Shown piece by piece: positions 35,374 to 48,264 of a stretch of DNA of 64,000 nt. The DNA is taken from NCBI GenBank assembly GCA_002269645.1, contig NIVC01001525.1, positions 62,001 to 126,000 of the forward strand, read 5' to 3'. Position 1 is the stretch's first letter; every line of letters begins with the position of its first letter. The stretch is from Macrostomum lignano (taxonomy: Eukaryota). Position numbers and translations under genes: made by a program. Under the pieces are notes generated by a model. That model was not told the origin of the DNA and searched no databases. It saw only the letters and a list, made by a program, of their open reading frames with translations.

Positions 35374-38300
35374 ATGCTAAGTTCAGCAGAAGATTCAACA
35401 GCCTCAACGAAAACAGTTCCAGTTAATACAGTAAGTTTGGCAATGTTACATGTGCAATGATGCATATGTTTTTAGACATGAATAGACATGAATAGCATGA
35501 ATAGCATGTTTTTAGACATGAATTTTACACATAAATAATAGACATTTTTATAGGCACAAGACAAATGCTAAGTACTCCTCGCCGCTGCGTACAACTCAGT
35601 CTCTGCAGCCGCGCTTTCAGACCCTGAATTTCTCATGCCTTCACTGTACACCCAGCCTCCTCATGTCTCATTCTGTCTCTCGTGATGCTACATGCTCATT
35701 TACCCGTGTTATCAAGATAAAATTAAAGTTTGCGAAGTGATTTGATGCGATACCTTTCAGGGTGAGAACAAATCCAATAATCTAAGCAATCTTTCATTTT
35801 ACAAGGGACTTCAGTTTAGTTTTTAAAGTTCCGTTGCAAAATATTAAAACAAGAAAAGGGTCAGTTCGGGCAGTGAAATGATATCAAACTGTGGATGTTT
35901 CTACCAAAATGCCACTTAATCTAAAAGTAATTGATGATTCCAATGAGATTTGTTTTATTGAAGCACAATGTTTTGTGCTTACAGAGTTATTGGCAATTAA
36001 ACTCATTCCTTTTTTCTCGTGAAAAATGCATGAATGCAAATTTTTCTAAGAAATGCATGGTCGGTGTGCCCCCTAATAGGCTCTGAAATACAAATATTTG
36101 TTGTAAATTTCAGTACAGATGTCTCAGTTAAAGTTGCAGGAACTCACTCACATGTTTGAATGTGCAGCTTGGGTGCCTCAATTGCAGTTGCAGGAACTCA
36201 CTCACATGTTTGAATGTGCAGCTTGGGTGCCTCAATTGCAGTTGCAGGAACTCACTCACATGTTTGAATGTGCAGCTTGGGTGGCTCAATTGCAGTTGCA
36301 GGAACTCACTCAGCCGGACCCCAGCAACCGGGCAAGCGTCGGAGACTCACCAGCCGATCTCCAGACTCTCGCTCACGACGTCATCCGAGGTGACTTCGGC
36401 CAGGTGCGACGGCTGGCAACGCGCCAGCTGGTCTCCAGCGCTGATGCAGCTCGTCGGACCGTCCTCATGCAGGTGGCCGACGCTCCTGTGACTCCCGTGC
36501 AGACTGAAAAGTGCATCTTGTACTTATTTGAGCTGGGCGCGAACCCCAAGGCGGCTGACGCGAACGGCGACACGGCTGCGCACCTGGCAGCCCGGCGGGA
36601 CCACCTGTGGCTGCTGACGCTGCTGTCGTTCGATGCGAAGTGGCTGCGGAACGACAACGGCGCCATTCCGCTGATGGAGGCGGCGCGGACTGGAAGCTGG
36701 AAATGCGCCAAGCACCTGCTGCACCTGCTCAGACAGCCTAGATTTAATTTTTGCATGAAGCACGGAAACTGGAAAAGGTTACGGGAGCTCGAAGTGAAAG
36801 ATCTCAAAGGTCGGACGGCGTCGGACCTGGCGAGGCTCAGCGGCCACTCAGAGCTGGCCAGCTACATCGAGCGGTGAGTGAGCAGTTCGCTGCTGTGTCC
36901 ATTTTGCAGCATTGCGTGAGTGCTTTGTGAGTCATTGAGAGATGGAAGGAAACTCATGCTGCAGAAATGGAAAATGAGATTTCTGTCTGTGAAAACTTCC
37001 TTTTGCATCACAGAAAATTTCTGTCATTATTCTTCTAATTAGGCTTTTCAATGTTGCTCTTGCAGGGAGATACGGCTGGTTGTGGGCAAAGGTGGCTGGA
37101 TCTCCGGTCTGACAGCCCAGGTGAGCGGCATCTGCGGTGCCGATGCGGCTGCAGCTAAGCAGCTGTGCTCAAATTTCCCACTCGCCTTTGCAGGAGGAGG
37201 CGGATCGACATGAAGTGCAGCGGCTGGCCGAGGCGGGCGACTCGGCGGGGCTGCGGCGAGCGGCGAACCGCGGCAGTTGCGACCTGCCTGACGATGAGGG
37301 TCGTACCGCGTTGATGTGGGCAGCTCAGAACAGCTCGTGCGGTGATGAGGCTCTGTGGGAGCAGCTGGTGCAGCTGGGTGACCCCACCTGTGTGGATATA
37401 TGGGCAGCCAGTTGCTTGCACCAGGCGGCCAGTGCTGGCAATTCTGCCGCAGCCTCCGCTCTGCTGGCTGCCGGAGCCTCCGCCAATGCCAGGGGTCTGT
37501 GGGAATCCACGGCCCTCATGGAGGCAGCGATTTACGCTCCTCCCTCTGTCGCTTCCGCAGTCGGTCGGGTTCTGCTGGACTCAGGGGCGGATTGGAGCCC
37601 TAAGGACGGCCGAGATAGAACTGCCTTAGACTGGGCCACACAGAAGGGAAAGAGCGAACTTGCTGAGCTGCTGCGTGGGTGAGTTTCCTTGGCGACTGAG
37701 AACCGACACTGGTTAACACTATTTAATAAGTTTTCGAACACTTCAGCACCAAATATTAGGCAGCTATTTTGAATGCTTAATTATTCTAAGATTCTTCCAA
37801 GCTGTGGGCAGCGTAGCCTTTCAGTGCTACTTCTTCTGGCTATCAGAAAATCATAATAGTTTTAAAAAATATTTTAAGTGTTTTCTTTTGCAATTTACTT
37901 CAGATTCGACGGCGAAAACTTTTTTGTGGAGCTGCTGTGAGTTTTTTGTTTTTTTCAGCATACCAACAGAATTGATAGAAGAAACATATGGAGCGCACAT
38001 GTATGTAGCTAAGGCACACAGCTACAGCACACACAGCTACAGCACACAGCTACAGCCACACAGCTACAGCACACAGCTACAGCCACACAGCTACAGCACA
38101 CAGCTACAGCACACAGCTACAGCACACAGCTACAGCACACACAGCTACAGCACACACAGCTACAGCACACAGCTACAGCACACAGCTACAGCACACACAG
38201 CTACAGCACACACAGCTACAGCACACACAGCTACAGCACACACAGCTACAGCACACACAGCTACAGCACACAGCTACAGCACACAGCTACAGCACACAGC

Positions 38301-39493
38301 TACAGCACACACAGCTACAGCACACACAGCTACAGCACACAACTACAGCACACAGCTACAGCACACACAGCTACAGCACACAACTACAGCACACAGCTAC
38401 AGCACACACAGCTACAGCACACACAGCTACAGCACACAGCTACAGCACACACAGCTACAGCATGCAAATTATCCCTCATTGCCCAAAACTCGCATCCCCT
38501 CAGACCCGAAGGCCCCCCGTTCCTGGAGCGCTGGGACGCCGTTCGCCTCATCAGCCGTGGAGGCTTCGGCAAAGTCCACGAAGTTCGAACTGACACGGGT
38601 GTCACCTGCGCTGCCAAGACTCTCAGACTGCCTGTGCAGCTCGGTGATGAGCTGCCCTCTGTGAGCACAGAGATCCACAGAGCTGTCGAGAGCGAGAGAA
38701 ACCTGTGCCGACTGCGGCATCCCAACATCGTCAGGTTCTTGCACATCGCTCAGCCGGAGCCCGCCACAGTCGTTGTGTTCATGGAGCTGCTGGACGGCCG
38801 AAGCTTGGAGAGGTTTATCGACAACAAGCCGCTGGATGAGCTGACGATTCGAGACTTCAGCGAGCAGGTGAGCATTGTGCATCCTTGATGCTCCTGTTCC
38901 ATGATCCCATGAATGATGACTGCTCACTGACCGACCGCTCGCAGATCTGCCGCGCGCTGCTCTACCTGCACAGCCGGCAGCCGCCCGTGATCCACAGAGA
39001 CATCAACTGCTCCAACATAATTGTTTGTGCTGACAACACGCGAATCAAGCTGATCGACTTCGGCCTGTCAATCAAGCTGAAACAGTCAGTCAGCCACATG
39101 TCAGCCTCCACTCAGTCACCCAAAGGCACTCTGAACTTCATGGCGCCAGAGCTGCTCGGAGCGGGAGAGTCGGACAGCGTGCAGTACAGCAGAGAGTCGG
39201 ACATCTGGGCGTTCGGCTGCTCGGTCTTCCATATGGCCTCCGGCGCGAAGCTGTTCGCCAACGCCAGGAGCTTCTTAGAAATTGCCCAGATGATCGACAG
39301 GAGGGGCGCCCCCGCCCTGCTGGACGGCCTGTCCGAAGAGCTGAGGGATTTCTACAGCCGATGTACCGCTAAGGACCGGAGGGAGAGAAGCTCTGCAAAG
39401 GAGCTGCTGGAGCACGAGTTCCTGACGGTCGGGAAGCTGAAAAATGACAATGCTGCCTCGAATTTGGCTTACGGAATTCAGAAACAAAAATAG
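35374..39493 (+). CDS. Ankyrin-repeat Ser/Thr protein kinase (MAP3K/STE-like kinase domain), 6 exons, ~693 aa
   Basis: Exons 35374-35430, 36302-36873 (or an upstream in-frame acceptor at 36140/36194/36248), 37066-37120, 37194-37678, 38504-38867 and 38945-39493; phases consistent (2082 nt). ANK motifs GDTAAHLAA and GRTALMWAA; kinase motifs SRGGFGKV, AAK, HRDINCSN, DFG, GTLNFMAPE and SDIWAFGC. The first exon is the least certain. Confidence 0.85.
36130..36312 (+). repeat. 54-bp tandem repeat x~3.4 containing the splice acceptor
   Basis: GTTGCAG|GAACTCACTCA recurs, with the AG ending at 36139, 36193, 36247 and 36301. Confidence 0.93.
38026..38463. repeat. Intronic 13/15-bp repeat (CAGCACA(CA)CAGCTA)
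   Basis: Direct; lies in the ANK-kinase intron 37679-38503. Confidence 0.95.
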
Positions 39494-39870
39494 ACTTTCA
39501 ATTGATGACATCACTCTGAATAAAATTACATTTTTACACTTACAAAACTCCACTTTTAAACTAAAGTAAACACGAGCCAGTATATCAGATAAAAGCTACT
39601 AGATTAAGTCTATGACTGATCTTGCTCTACTGAAGTAACAGTATCTCTAAATTAAAACTAATAATGTGAAGCATTTGAAACTGAAGTGATTTTAGGCAGA
39701 GACTTGCCATTTTCTAGCGATACAAAATGCATGGGCCTGCGGTTTTGCTAGATGAGCTACGATCAAAAGTATCACTGATTTTTGGACACTCCTCGTAAAA
39801 TTTCGATTAACGAATTAATTGGATGAATATATTCGTTCAGATCTGCTTAGCTCCAGTGGGCTCTGTACAT

Positions 39871-40090
39871 GCACCCTGGCGCACTTCAAGCGACATTGTC
39901 ACACAACCGGCGAGAGGCATTACTGCCCATTCCGCCGACTCCCCTGAGCAGGCACAAAAGCGCGCGGAGACGTACGCAGTCATACAGGAGTGTACAGCGG
40001 CCCTAACTTATTTATCGTTAGGCGTGTGCACTTCACTGTGCCTTTTGGTTGGTCTTCAATGGCATTAATTGCACAACCAGAGCAGAGCAG
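39871..40090 (-). mobile_element. 5'-truncated copy of the tRNA-derived SINE family
   Basis: GACATTGTCACACAACCGGCGAGAGGCATTACTGCCCAT...GGAGTGTACAGCGGCCCTAAC aligns with the 20525 and 15320 copies; no tRNA head. Confidence 0.72.
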
Positions 40091-40830
40091 AATAACTTCT
40101 GACAAGTGGTTTAATTAGAAGCAATTTATTGAACCGTTTCTACCACTTTTTCTTTTTAACTTGGTGGAAAGTGTAGCAGATGTCCTTTTAACGTAGTAGT
40201 GTGCTCTCATTAGAGCATTTTATTTGGTTAAATTAAACAAAATATTATTCATTTAGGTTAGCAGTTGCGTCAAAATTTACGATTTCTAAAAAAATTAGAG
40301 AATTAGAGAGAGGCTAGCTCTCGGTGGAGCAGAATTCAAAAAAGGAATTATTTAGTAAAATGAGTTTAAAAGACAATCTGAAATGTCTAAGGAATAAAAA
40401 AAATTTCATGAACACCTTCGCAAGGCAATGTCCGCAGCAGGGAATGAAAAGCGGTCTGTTCAACGTTCGCTGATCGACTGGTGAAAAGGGGTCGCAGGTG
40501 GGTTGCGCCAGAAGTTAACGCGATGAAGTTGAGTGTCCGAAGCCCAATTTGGTTTCCATGATTCAAGGTCAAGAACCTCAGTTCCTGTCGCAGGCTGTCA
40601 GTGCATGGGCTGGTGTTTGAGTGCACTAAAGACTTCTACTGGTAAATAAAAAAGGTACAGTTGCAGTGTAAAAATATTATAGGATATACTCGTAAAAAGC
40701 CAGGATCACTGCTGACACTGCGGAAATTTCCAATAAAACTTACATGTGGGCAACCTTTCAGCAAATTCTTCCTCAATAAGATTTACAATCACAGGGACCA
40801 TGGGATAAAACATGGAACTCAATATAACAC

Positions 40831-42717
40831 TCAGGTGAGCATGAGAATCTCTAGCTGCTTGAAGATGTAACAGTACCCGTCTGTGATGTTCTTAGGAGCA
40901 TTTCCAGCCCGAACGATTCCCTTAGCTCGGTCTGCAGCTGGAAAATTCAGCGCTGTCGGGTAGTTAAAGTACTTGCCGAACGGACCTGAGGCATGGCAGC
41001 ATGCCTGCCACTGAGGCTGGTACACTTGGGCACAGTTCGATCCATGGAGGCATGTACTCAATCCACAATCTCGAGTCTGAAACTGGATGTTATCGCCAAA
41101 AAACAAGTTCCACTACAGACCTTCATCAGGTGCGAATGTAGAGTTAGACACCGTGTAGTTTGTGCTCTCGGCCAGAATGAGCACGTTTACGTAGTAGGCG
41201 TAGATGTTGGTGACGTTTCGGTTGCGAAACCGGATGTTGTTGGGCTGAGCGCTGGTGCGATTGTGCAGCCACTCCAGGCCTATGAAATCATCCCAGTTGG
41301 CAAGTCTTTCAGAACACAATTTGAAGTTATACTATTGAGTACAAATTTTTGTCTCACCTACCGTGATAAGTGCCGAAGCCCGTCTTGTACTCGGCCCAGA
41401 GCCGGTCGAAGCTCAGCGCGTCCGACACTCGCAGGTTGACGGTCTCGAAGCACTGCTTAGTGCCCACAGTATAGAACTCCTGCGGTTGGAAGTTTAATTT
41501 GCAACAAAGAAAAGTTTCTACAGTGACAGCACCGATCAGGCACTGCTTTCCCAACACTCACATAGACGGCCAGCTCAGAGCTGCCCGGCGGCTGCTTGAA
41601 CTAGCGGCACAGCGGGTAGTCGGTGAGCAGAGAGCAGTTGCTGGAGTTGAACACAATCCCGCGACAGGCCGGCACCTCGCTGCACTTGGCAACGCAGCCA
41701 ATGAGCGATGAGGCAGCCGGCTGGTGCTGAAGGAAGGAGGCGAAGATCTTCACGAGTTGTTGGGAATGTGGACCCGCTTGTGAGTCACGTTTCTAGGAGC
41801 CAGGTACTCTGTGAAATGAAGGATCAGGGTTTTGATCTCAAGCGGTAAATTTATCAATGAAAAACTATCAAAGCTTTAGCTGTATGCCCGCTGAGACGAT
41901 TGCGGACTCGTTTTTAAGCTTCAAATTCGTAGTAATTTTTTCTGTTATGTGATAAAATGACTCAAAAATCTGCTGCAAATCTTTTGCCACGAAAGATTAA
42001 ATGCATTATGCATATATTCTATCAACTTTAAATTGGTTACATGACTTATTTTGTGAGAACCCACTTCAGTTTGGTGATAGTGGCTGTAGAGCCATGTTCC
42101 GGCCTCTGCTTCCTACAAGAAGCTCATCTGGATTTGATTGTTTCTGGCTCCTCGCATTATGGCTCGTGGTAGCTTGTAATGAGTCCAAAGTGATCAAATT
42201 TCGTTACTCGTGAGGAACTAACCGAGTAGATGCTCGATGTCTGTCATTATTCATTTTCGCAAACTCACCGAGTAGGAGGCCGCTGTTAGTGCCTCTGAGC
42301 ACCTGCTGCTCAAAGTTGCGAGCCTTCCAGATCTTCACATGTGCTCAAGCCGAAACTCCCTAGCAACGAAGCTACCGTTGCTCAAGCCCGGCTCGCTCAC
42401 AGTGTTGATGACTAGCATTTGGCATTCGAGCATTGCCACTTCCTTGAGGACATCTCCGAGCACTTCATCAGGCAGTGCGAGTTCATGTGCAGGCCAGTCC
42501 CATTGAGAAGCTTGCTGCTCACGTAGTTGCCGATGCTGATGGAGTCGCTGGTCACCCGATCGTAGGTGCGAGCAGTTATGGCGCTGTTAGCGGAGGTGGC
42601 CACAACTAAAATGGGTGTTAGTAAGTAGTGAGCGCAGTGCCACATTAGCGAGCCTAATGTGAGCAGCTGGTACAGAAGCAGCAGCAGCAGCTCGGCCTGC
42701 TCAGCGTTCAGATTCAT
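40831..42717 (-). pseudogene. PAN-PAN-fibrinogen gene Y (copy A), full exon set but disabled
   Basis: Exon equivalents 42717-42269, 41808-41562, 41479-41362 and 41279-40831. Lesions: 16-bp deletion and a further 1-bp loss in exon 2; 1-bp deletion and TGG>TAG in exon 3; +1 frameshift in exon 5; first donor lost. Confidence 0.85.
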
Positions 42718-44361
42718 TGCATGCAGGAGTTGCTAGGCAAGATTTTTGTATTTGCAGACTGATGTTGCTAGCACAGCTGGTTTCTCTGCTCTGTATGAGG
42801 CTTCTAAATAGTTAAATTCCCTCTGCTTCTGTTTGGAATTCTCAATCCGTCTGTTCCTGAGTGACTGCAAAGCATTTTTTCTTCTTTTCGCAGCTGCTTT
42901 TCTTCGAGCCTATCTCCGGTATCACTGTAGCGGCTCAGCAAATTCTTCATCAGCAGTTGTAGTCTGTGGGAATTTTTCCACGCGTGTAAATGATAGACTC
43001 TGCTCAGATAGGCATCTGTTTCGTGCGTTTTAATAAAAGTCATTTTAGTGTATTTATTTCGTTGTTTCGTGAGAATAATTGCATGCCCGACAGCCGTTTT
43101 CTCTTACCTGTTCCTACATGTATATCGCCGAACGCCCAGCACCTGTTCGCAGCAAGCCTTCATCTAACAGATGAAGACTACCTTTTACGAGTAGTATTAC
43201 AGCTCATTATTCATAGAGAAATAAATTTGAAGTAGCTTTTGTGAATAAGCTGAGAACTTGTTTAGCGCTATAGTTGCTGTTGTGTGACCCAATGGTTATT
43301 TTTTCGAAACAACGGCCACACCAAGCAGCCATTGTCCAATGCAAGCTGAACCCAGCATTTGTTAATCTCTTCTGCAGAACCTCCAGGCCCGCGTTGATCT
43401 TTCGGACCCAAGTGAGTCGACAATGAAGAATACTCAGTTATGAGTGATGAATAATCCATCGCTTTCAGGTCTGGTTAAAAGACAGAATAAAGTTGACTAC
43501 GATGAAAAAATGTTCAGAGAGCGATCAGACAGTGCATAGAAAACAGCAGACCTCAGTGATTACTCAAAGTCGTATATTTAGAGATAAAAAGTTGACGAGA
43601 AAATTTCTGGAACTTTGTGAAAAGTAGAAAAGTAGAAAGAATCATTATGAATGACACCAGAGCTGTCAAAATCATATGTAACCAATTCAATATTCTAGAG
43701 GAACTTTCGAGTAAGTTACCTGAAAATATGCCGACAGCAATTAGTTAATTAGTTCCGTGATGCTGTCAGGCTGACTTAATTGACACACAGAAACAAGCAT
43801 GTACGGAAAGAGTACAAAAATCAGTTTGATAGCGGTCATTAAGGCCAGGGACTCGAGGGCAGACTGGTGTCCTCAGCTGCAGCAGGGCGCATGGACTCAG
43901 ACAGAATAAAAGTTTAAGAAGCTGACTTATACTTGAGTGTCTAAGGTACGAGAACTGGAAATACGAGTTACGATATCACCATGCCAACATAAATGGATAA
44001 TGGAAAATGTCAATGATATATAATCCCTGGTGAAGCCACAATAAGAGTATAAAACACAGGTACCGATTCAAATAGAAGGCACTGGAACAAAAAATTTGTA
44101 ATCATATTTTCATCAAGGGTAAGAGCTAGACAGACAATAAACAAGTGATAGCCCAAATGATTGACCAGAATTATTAAAAGTGCTCTGGAACTGAGATGTG
44201 GCAGCAGAACAGAAGAAGTATAGAAGCAGAAAAAAACAGACAGAACTCGGACAGACGAGCATACAGCAAGGGAAAGCGAGAATAGCGACATCAAAAATAT
44301 AAAATCTTTATGATACGCGTAGCACTGACTGCCAAGAGACCGATGATGTAGTTTAAAGAGA

Positions 44362-44715
44362 TCAGTTGAGCATGAGAATCACCAGCTGCTTGAAGCTGTA
44401 GTACCATCCATCAGTGATGTTCTTTTGAGCATTTGCAGCCCAAACAATGCCCTTGGCTCGGTCTACAACAGGCACATTCAGCGCCGTCGGGTAGTTGAAG
44501 TACTTGCAAAAGGGACCTGAGCTGTGACAGCACTTGTGCCAGTGAGGCTGAGCGTATCGAACTGCACAGTTGTGTTGGCAGTCGATCCATCCGCGATCTC
44601 GGGTGATGAACTGCCTGTTAACGCCATGGAACATACAGTCTCCGAGGCCACCAGTGGGTGCGTATGTAAGGTTTGTCACCGTCCGGTCCGGTCCGGTTGG
44701 GCAGCTACTCCAGGC
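44362..44715 (-). pseudogene. Orphan fibrinogen-domain terminal exon (copy A)
   Basis: Acceptor CAG|GCCTGGAGTAG (W>stop) and an internal deletion, then FITRDRGWIDCQHNCA...CCHSSGPFCKYFNY...LMLN*. No upstream exons nearby. Confidence 0.85.
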
Positions 44716-44829
44716 CTGGCGTTACGAAATTTCGTGGCACTAAAATAAAGGCGCAGCCATCGCGCAATAAAATGTTATTTAATTAACGCAATTTTTTGCC
44801 TTAAGTTCTCTATTTTGCAATGACGGAAA

Positions 44830-45350
44830 AAGCACTAACTTTTAGCCTTCATTTTGAATTTCGGAGCCAGCAACGACCAATGGGTTCTACCAACAGAATT
44901 TACCCTCAAGTGGGTTCCGGGACATGCGGGAATCCGATGAAATGATCTGGCCGACGCCCTTGTTAAAGTTGGCGAGTCCGGCTTCTTTTTCGGGTTCTAA
45001 AATGTGGATCAGGACTCAGCACCGGTCAACTTAGGAGGACTACCTGCAGGCAATCCAGAGGGGCACTACGAGTACATGTTCCCCAGCTCTCTCACCAGCT
45101 CCGGAAGTTCCTTTGGCGCCTCTCGTGAAGAAACATCCGTGCTGCCACCATGATCCTCTTAGGTCACGGCTTCTTCTCCAGGCACCAGTATCAGCAAGGC
45201 AATACCATCAACGACAGATGTAGTTTTGCAACTCAGATGTCGAAACTGCTGCTCATTTTGACAGCATCTTTTTGAAGTTCATGCAAGCCACACTCACTTT
45301 ATCTCGGGACGCACTTATCAATTACTGAAGCGTGCAAACACAAAGACATA
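44830..45350 (+). mobile_element. Degenerate 3' end of an RNase H-bearing non-LTR retrotransposon (copy A)
   Basis: LKWVPGHAGIR*NDLADALVK (RNase H C-terminal motif), then LLGHGFFSRHQY...DRCSFCNSDVETAAHF (CCHC-knuckle-like, frameshifted). Confidence 0.72.
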
Positions 45351-46556
45351 AATCAGTTCATGCACTACCTCAGAGACACCCGCAAGTGTGAATTTTCCAT
45401 TACAGAGAGCAATGTAGCTGATAGCAACACTGGGGACCTCCCTGAGCCAACTTCAAAGCGACGCGTCGGCCGATCACAGACTAACGGAGTGGGCGTCCGT
45501 GCCTTCACGTTGTGTCCCTTCCGGAACAGCTCTGCAGCTAAGTCTTAGCTCGTAGTAAGTCGGTGCCTTGTGGGTTGGCCCCGCACGGGTGTGAATCAGA
45601 ACGAATCAGTGCGAAAATGGCTGGAAAAATGTCTCCAAGCTCAATCAGAAGTCGATCCATGGATTCACGTCCTGTTTGCCACCCCCGGTCGCTTTCTTTT
45701 GACTGGCTGTTGGGTTTAGGGATGGGGGGGCAGCAGCATCTCACCTTAGTTCCTATTTGCTTTCCAGTAACAATGTACAAACACCACGTCCCTTGATGCT
45801 GCTGGAGCAGAAAAAATTAGAAATTTTAATGCCGAATCTACGGGGCTCAACCGGAACTGTGTAAGCACCGAAACTTCCGGTTTTTCCCACGTCAACAACT
45901 CTGCCGGACAACAGGGTAGCGGCAAAGCTCCCCTGGCTGACCGCAAAACTTCTAGTGCGGCTGGCTACTCCCTTGGAAGAACCTCTGCTCGTGAGAAAAC
46001 TCTCACGACTGCAGAGAGATCCAAAGCAAAGGCTGCCCGCCAAACCCACTAGGCTGAATAATGTATGGCTCAGAGCCAGCCAGCCCTAATTATTCAAGGC
46101 CAAGAGATGTCCTCCTTTCAGCTGAACAGCTCAACTAAATCTGGCGGACCCCGCTGCGGACACCGGCTGCACCGGATCTCCATGCGTGACACCGCAGCAC
46201 CAGCTGCCTGGGGTCGCCAGGGCTGAATGGTATGGGCGTCAACGCCTCCCCGCTGCATCCGGATGCCCGGAACACCTGTAGCTGAGTAAAGTAAGTAAAT
46301 TACAGACAGCGCGGTTACATTATTGACCAAACTTTTGAAATTTGAAATTTGAAAAATGTACAATTTTTTCGATTAAATTCAAAATTGATTATCAAATGAA
46401 CCGCAAAGGGTATATAAAAAATTCAAATTTCTGGCCCTAAATAAGTTAGCTCGAATTAATATTGCTCTGTTGTTTTACATTCTAACCCGTTGTCAAGTAG
46501 CCACGGAGAAAGCTCGGAAACCGCGTTACATGAAATGCTTAAAAAGCTATTTAAAG

Positions 46557-47146
46557 GCGCCCCTGGTGCTGGCGCCCCTGGTGCTGGCGCCCCTGGTGCT
46601 GGCGCCCCTGGTGCTGGCGCCCCTGGTGCTGGCGCCCCTGGTGCTGGCGCCCCTGGTGCTGGCGCCCCTGGTGCTGGCGCCCCTGGTGCTGGCGCCCCTG
46701 GTGCTGGCGCCCCTGGTGCTGGCGCCCCTGGTGCTGGCGCCCCTGGTGCTGGCGCCCCTGGTGCTGGCGCCCCTGGTGCTGGCGCCCCTGGTGCTGGCGC
46801 CCCTGGTGCTGGCGCCCCTGGTGCTGGCGCCCCTGGTGCTGGCGCCCCTGGTGCTGGCGCCCCTGGTGCTGGCGCCCCTGGTGCTGGCGCCCCTGGTGCT
46901 GGCGCCCCTGGTGCTGGCGCCCCTGGTGCTGGCGCCCCTGGTGCTGGCGCCCCTGGTGCTGGCGCCCCTGGTGCTGGCGCCCCTGGTGCTGGCGCCCCTG
47001 GTGCTGGCGCCCCTGGTGCTGGCGCCCCTGGTGCTGGCGCCCCTGGTGCTGGCGCCCCTGGTGCTGGCGCCCCTGGTGCTGGCGCCCCTGGTGCTGGCGC
47101 CCCTGGTGCTGGCGCCCCTGGTGCTGGCGCCCTAGGTGCTGGCGCC
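46557..47146. repeat. Near-perfect 15-bp VNTR (GGCGCCCCTGGTGCT), ~39 units (copy A)
   Basis: Direct. Stop-free in all frames, which produces the GAPGA/APLVL/APAPG ORFs. Confidence 0.98.
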
Positions 47147-48264
47147 ACGAACGTCCTTGCCCTTGCTTGGTGTTGAAGCCATCATTTTTATTCGCGATTT
47201 GTACAGACTACTTTGATTAGTCAATTTAAAAGCATTACTGCACTCTGCAATCTGCGTTGGCCGGCGTCTGTCGACGAATAACGACATCGTAAGTCGGTTG
47301 AACATCAGTGTAATGTAAATTTACCCCCTTTTCAGCAACGTTCATTCTTCTATAACTTTTTTTATTGACAGCCAAGACACTATAGTAGGCAGGTTGGTCC
47401 ATATCATACCTTATATAATAAGGCAATAGATTAAAACAAAACCTACTGTTTAGTGACAAAGGATCTGCTGACCTTTTCCAGTTACCCGTACTATGTGAAA
47501 TACTTTGCTTCGGGTTTAATAGTCTGGCCCACCCCTTAGTTTTCTCTCTCAGTGCGCTTGTGTACTTAAAGGTAAGTAGAAAAAAGCCTGAATGAGAAAT
47601 GGTACCACACAGCGGGTGTGTGTGCTTGTTTTGGGTTCAACGCTGATTAAAGTCTACGCTAGTATTATATGAATTTGCCGCTACATGTGCCAGAGAGTTA
47701 TTAGGCAGTGACTCGAAGTGCAGACTTCAGTGACTGTTCAAAGTATATTTAAAAATATCAAGTTGGTGCAGAATATGTGTAAGACTTTGCATATAGAGCC
47801 CAATAGGAAATAATCATTATATAATTTCGAGAAAGGCACCTAAAAATCTCGGCATACCGACAGCCAATAGATAAGTAGTTCCACAAAGCTGTCAGTCTGA
47901 CTCTATTGACACAGAAAGAAATGTACGGTACGAGCACAAAAAGCTGAATGACATCAGGATAGAATATGAAAATACAGGTACAAGGATTCAAACAGATGGC
48001 ACTGAAAATCATTTTTGTAAAGAGTAAGAGCTAGACAGGTGGTAAACAAGCGATAGCCAAAATAATTGGCCAGAATTTAAAAACAGCTGCAGCTGAAAAG
48101 TGACACCAAAGTATAAAAAGTATAGAAGCAGAAAAAGCAAACAGACGGAATTCGGGACTAAAGGACATCCAGAAAGTTATCCAAGAAAAATGAAATCGGA
48201 AAAAATAAAATCTTTGCGACCCGCGAAAAACCAGCTGCCGGTTGACCGATGTGGCTTAAAGAAT

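Noticed and set aside
40450-40600. LINE RT relic (…SEAQFGF…SRS…)
   Set aside because: A single short motif among stops; could be chance.
45360-46360. Coding or transposase remnant between the LINE fragment and the VNTR
   Set aside because: GC-rich with short ORFs on both strands but no motif I can recognise.
46456-47176. GAPGA elastin/silk-like or collagen-like protein (also 54609-55059)
   Set aside because: A perfect 15-bp repeat with no synonymous variation, open in all frames, non-ATG start and no signal peptide; treated as a VNTR.
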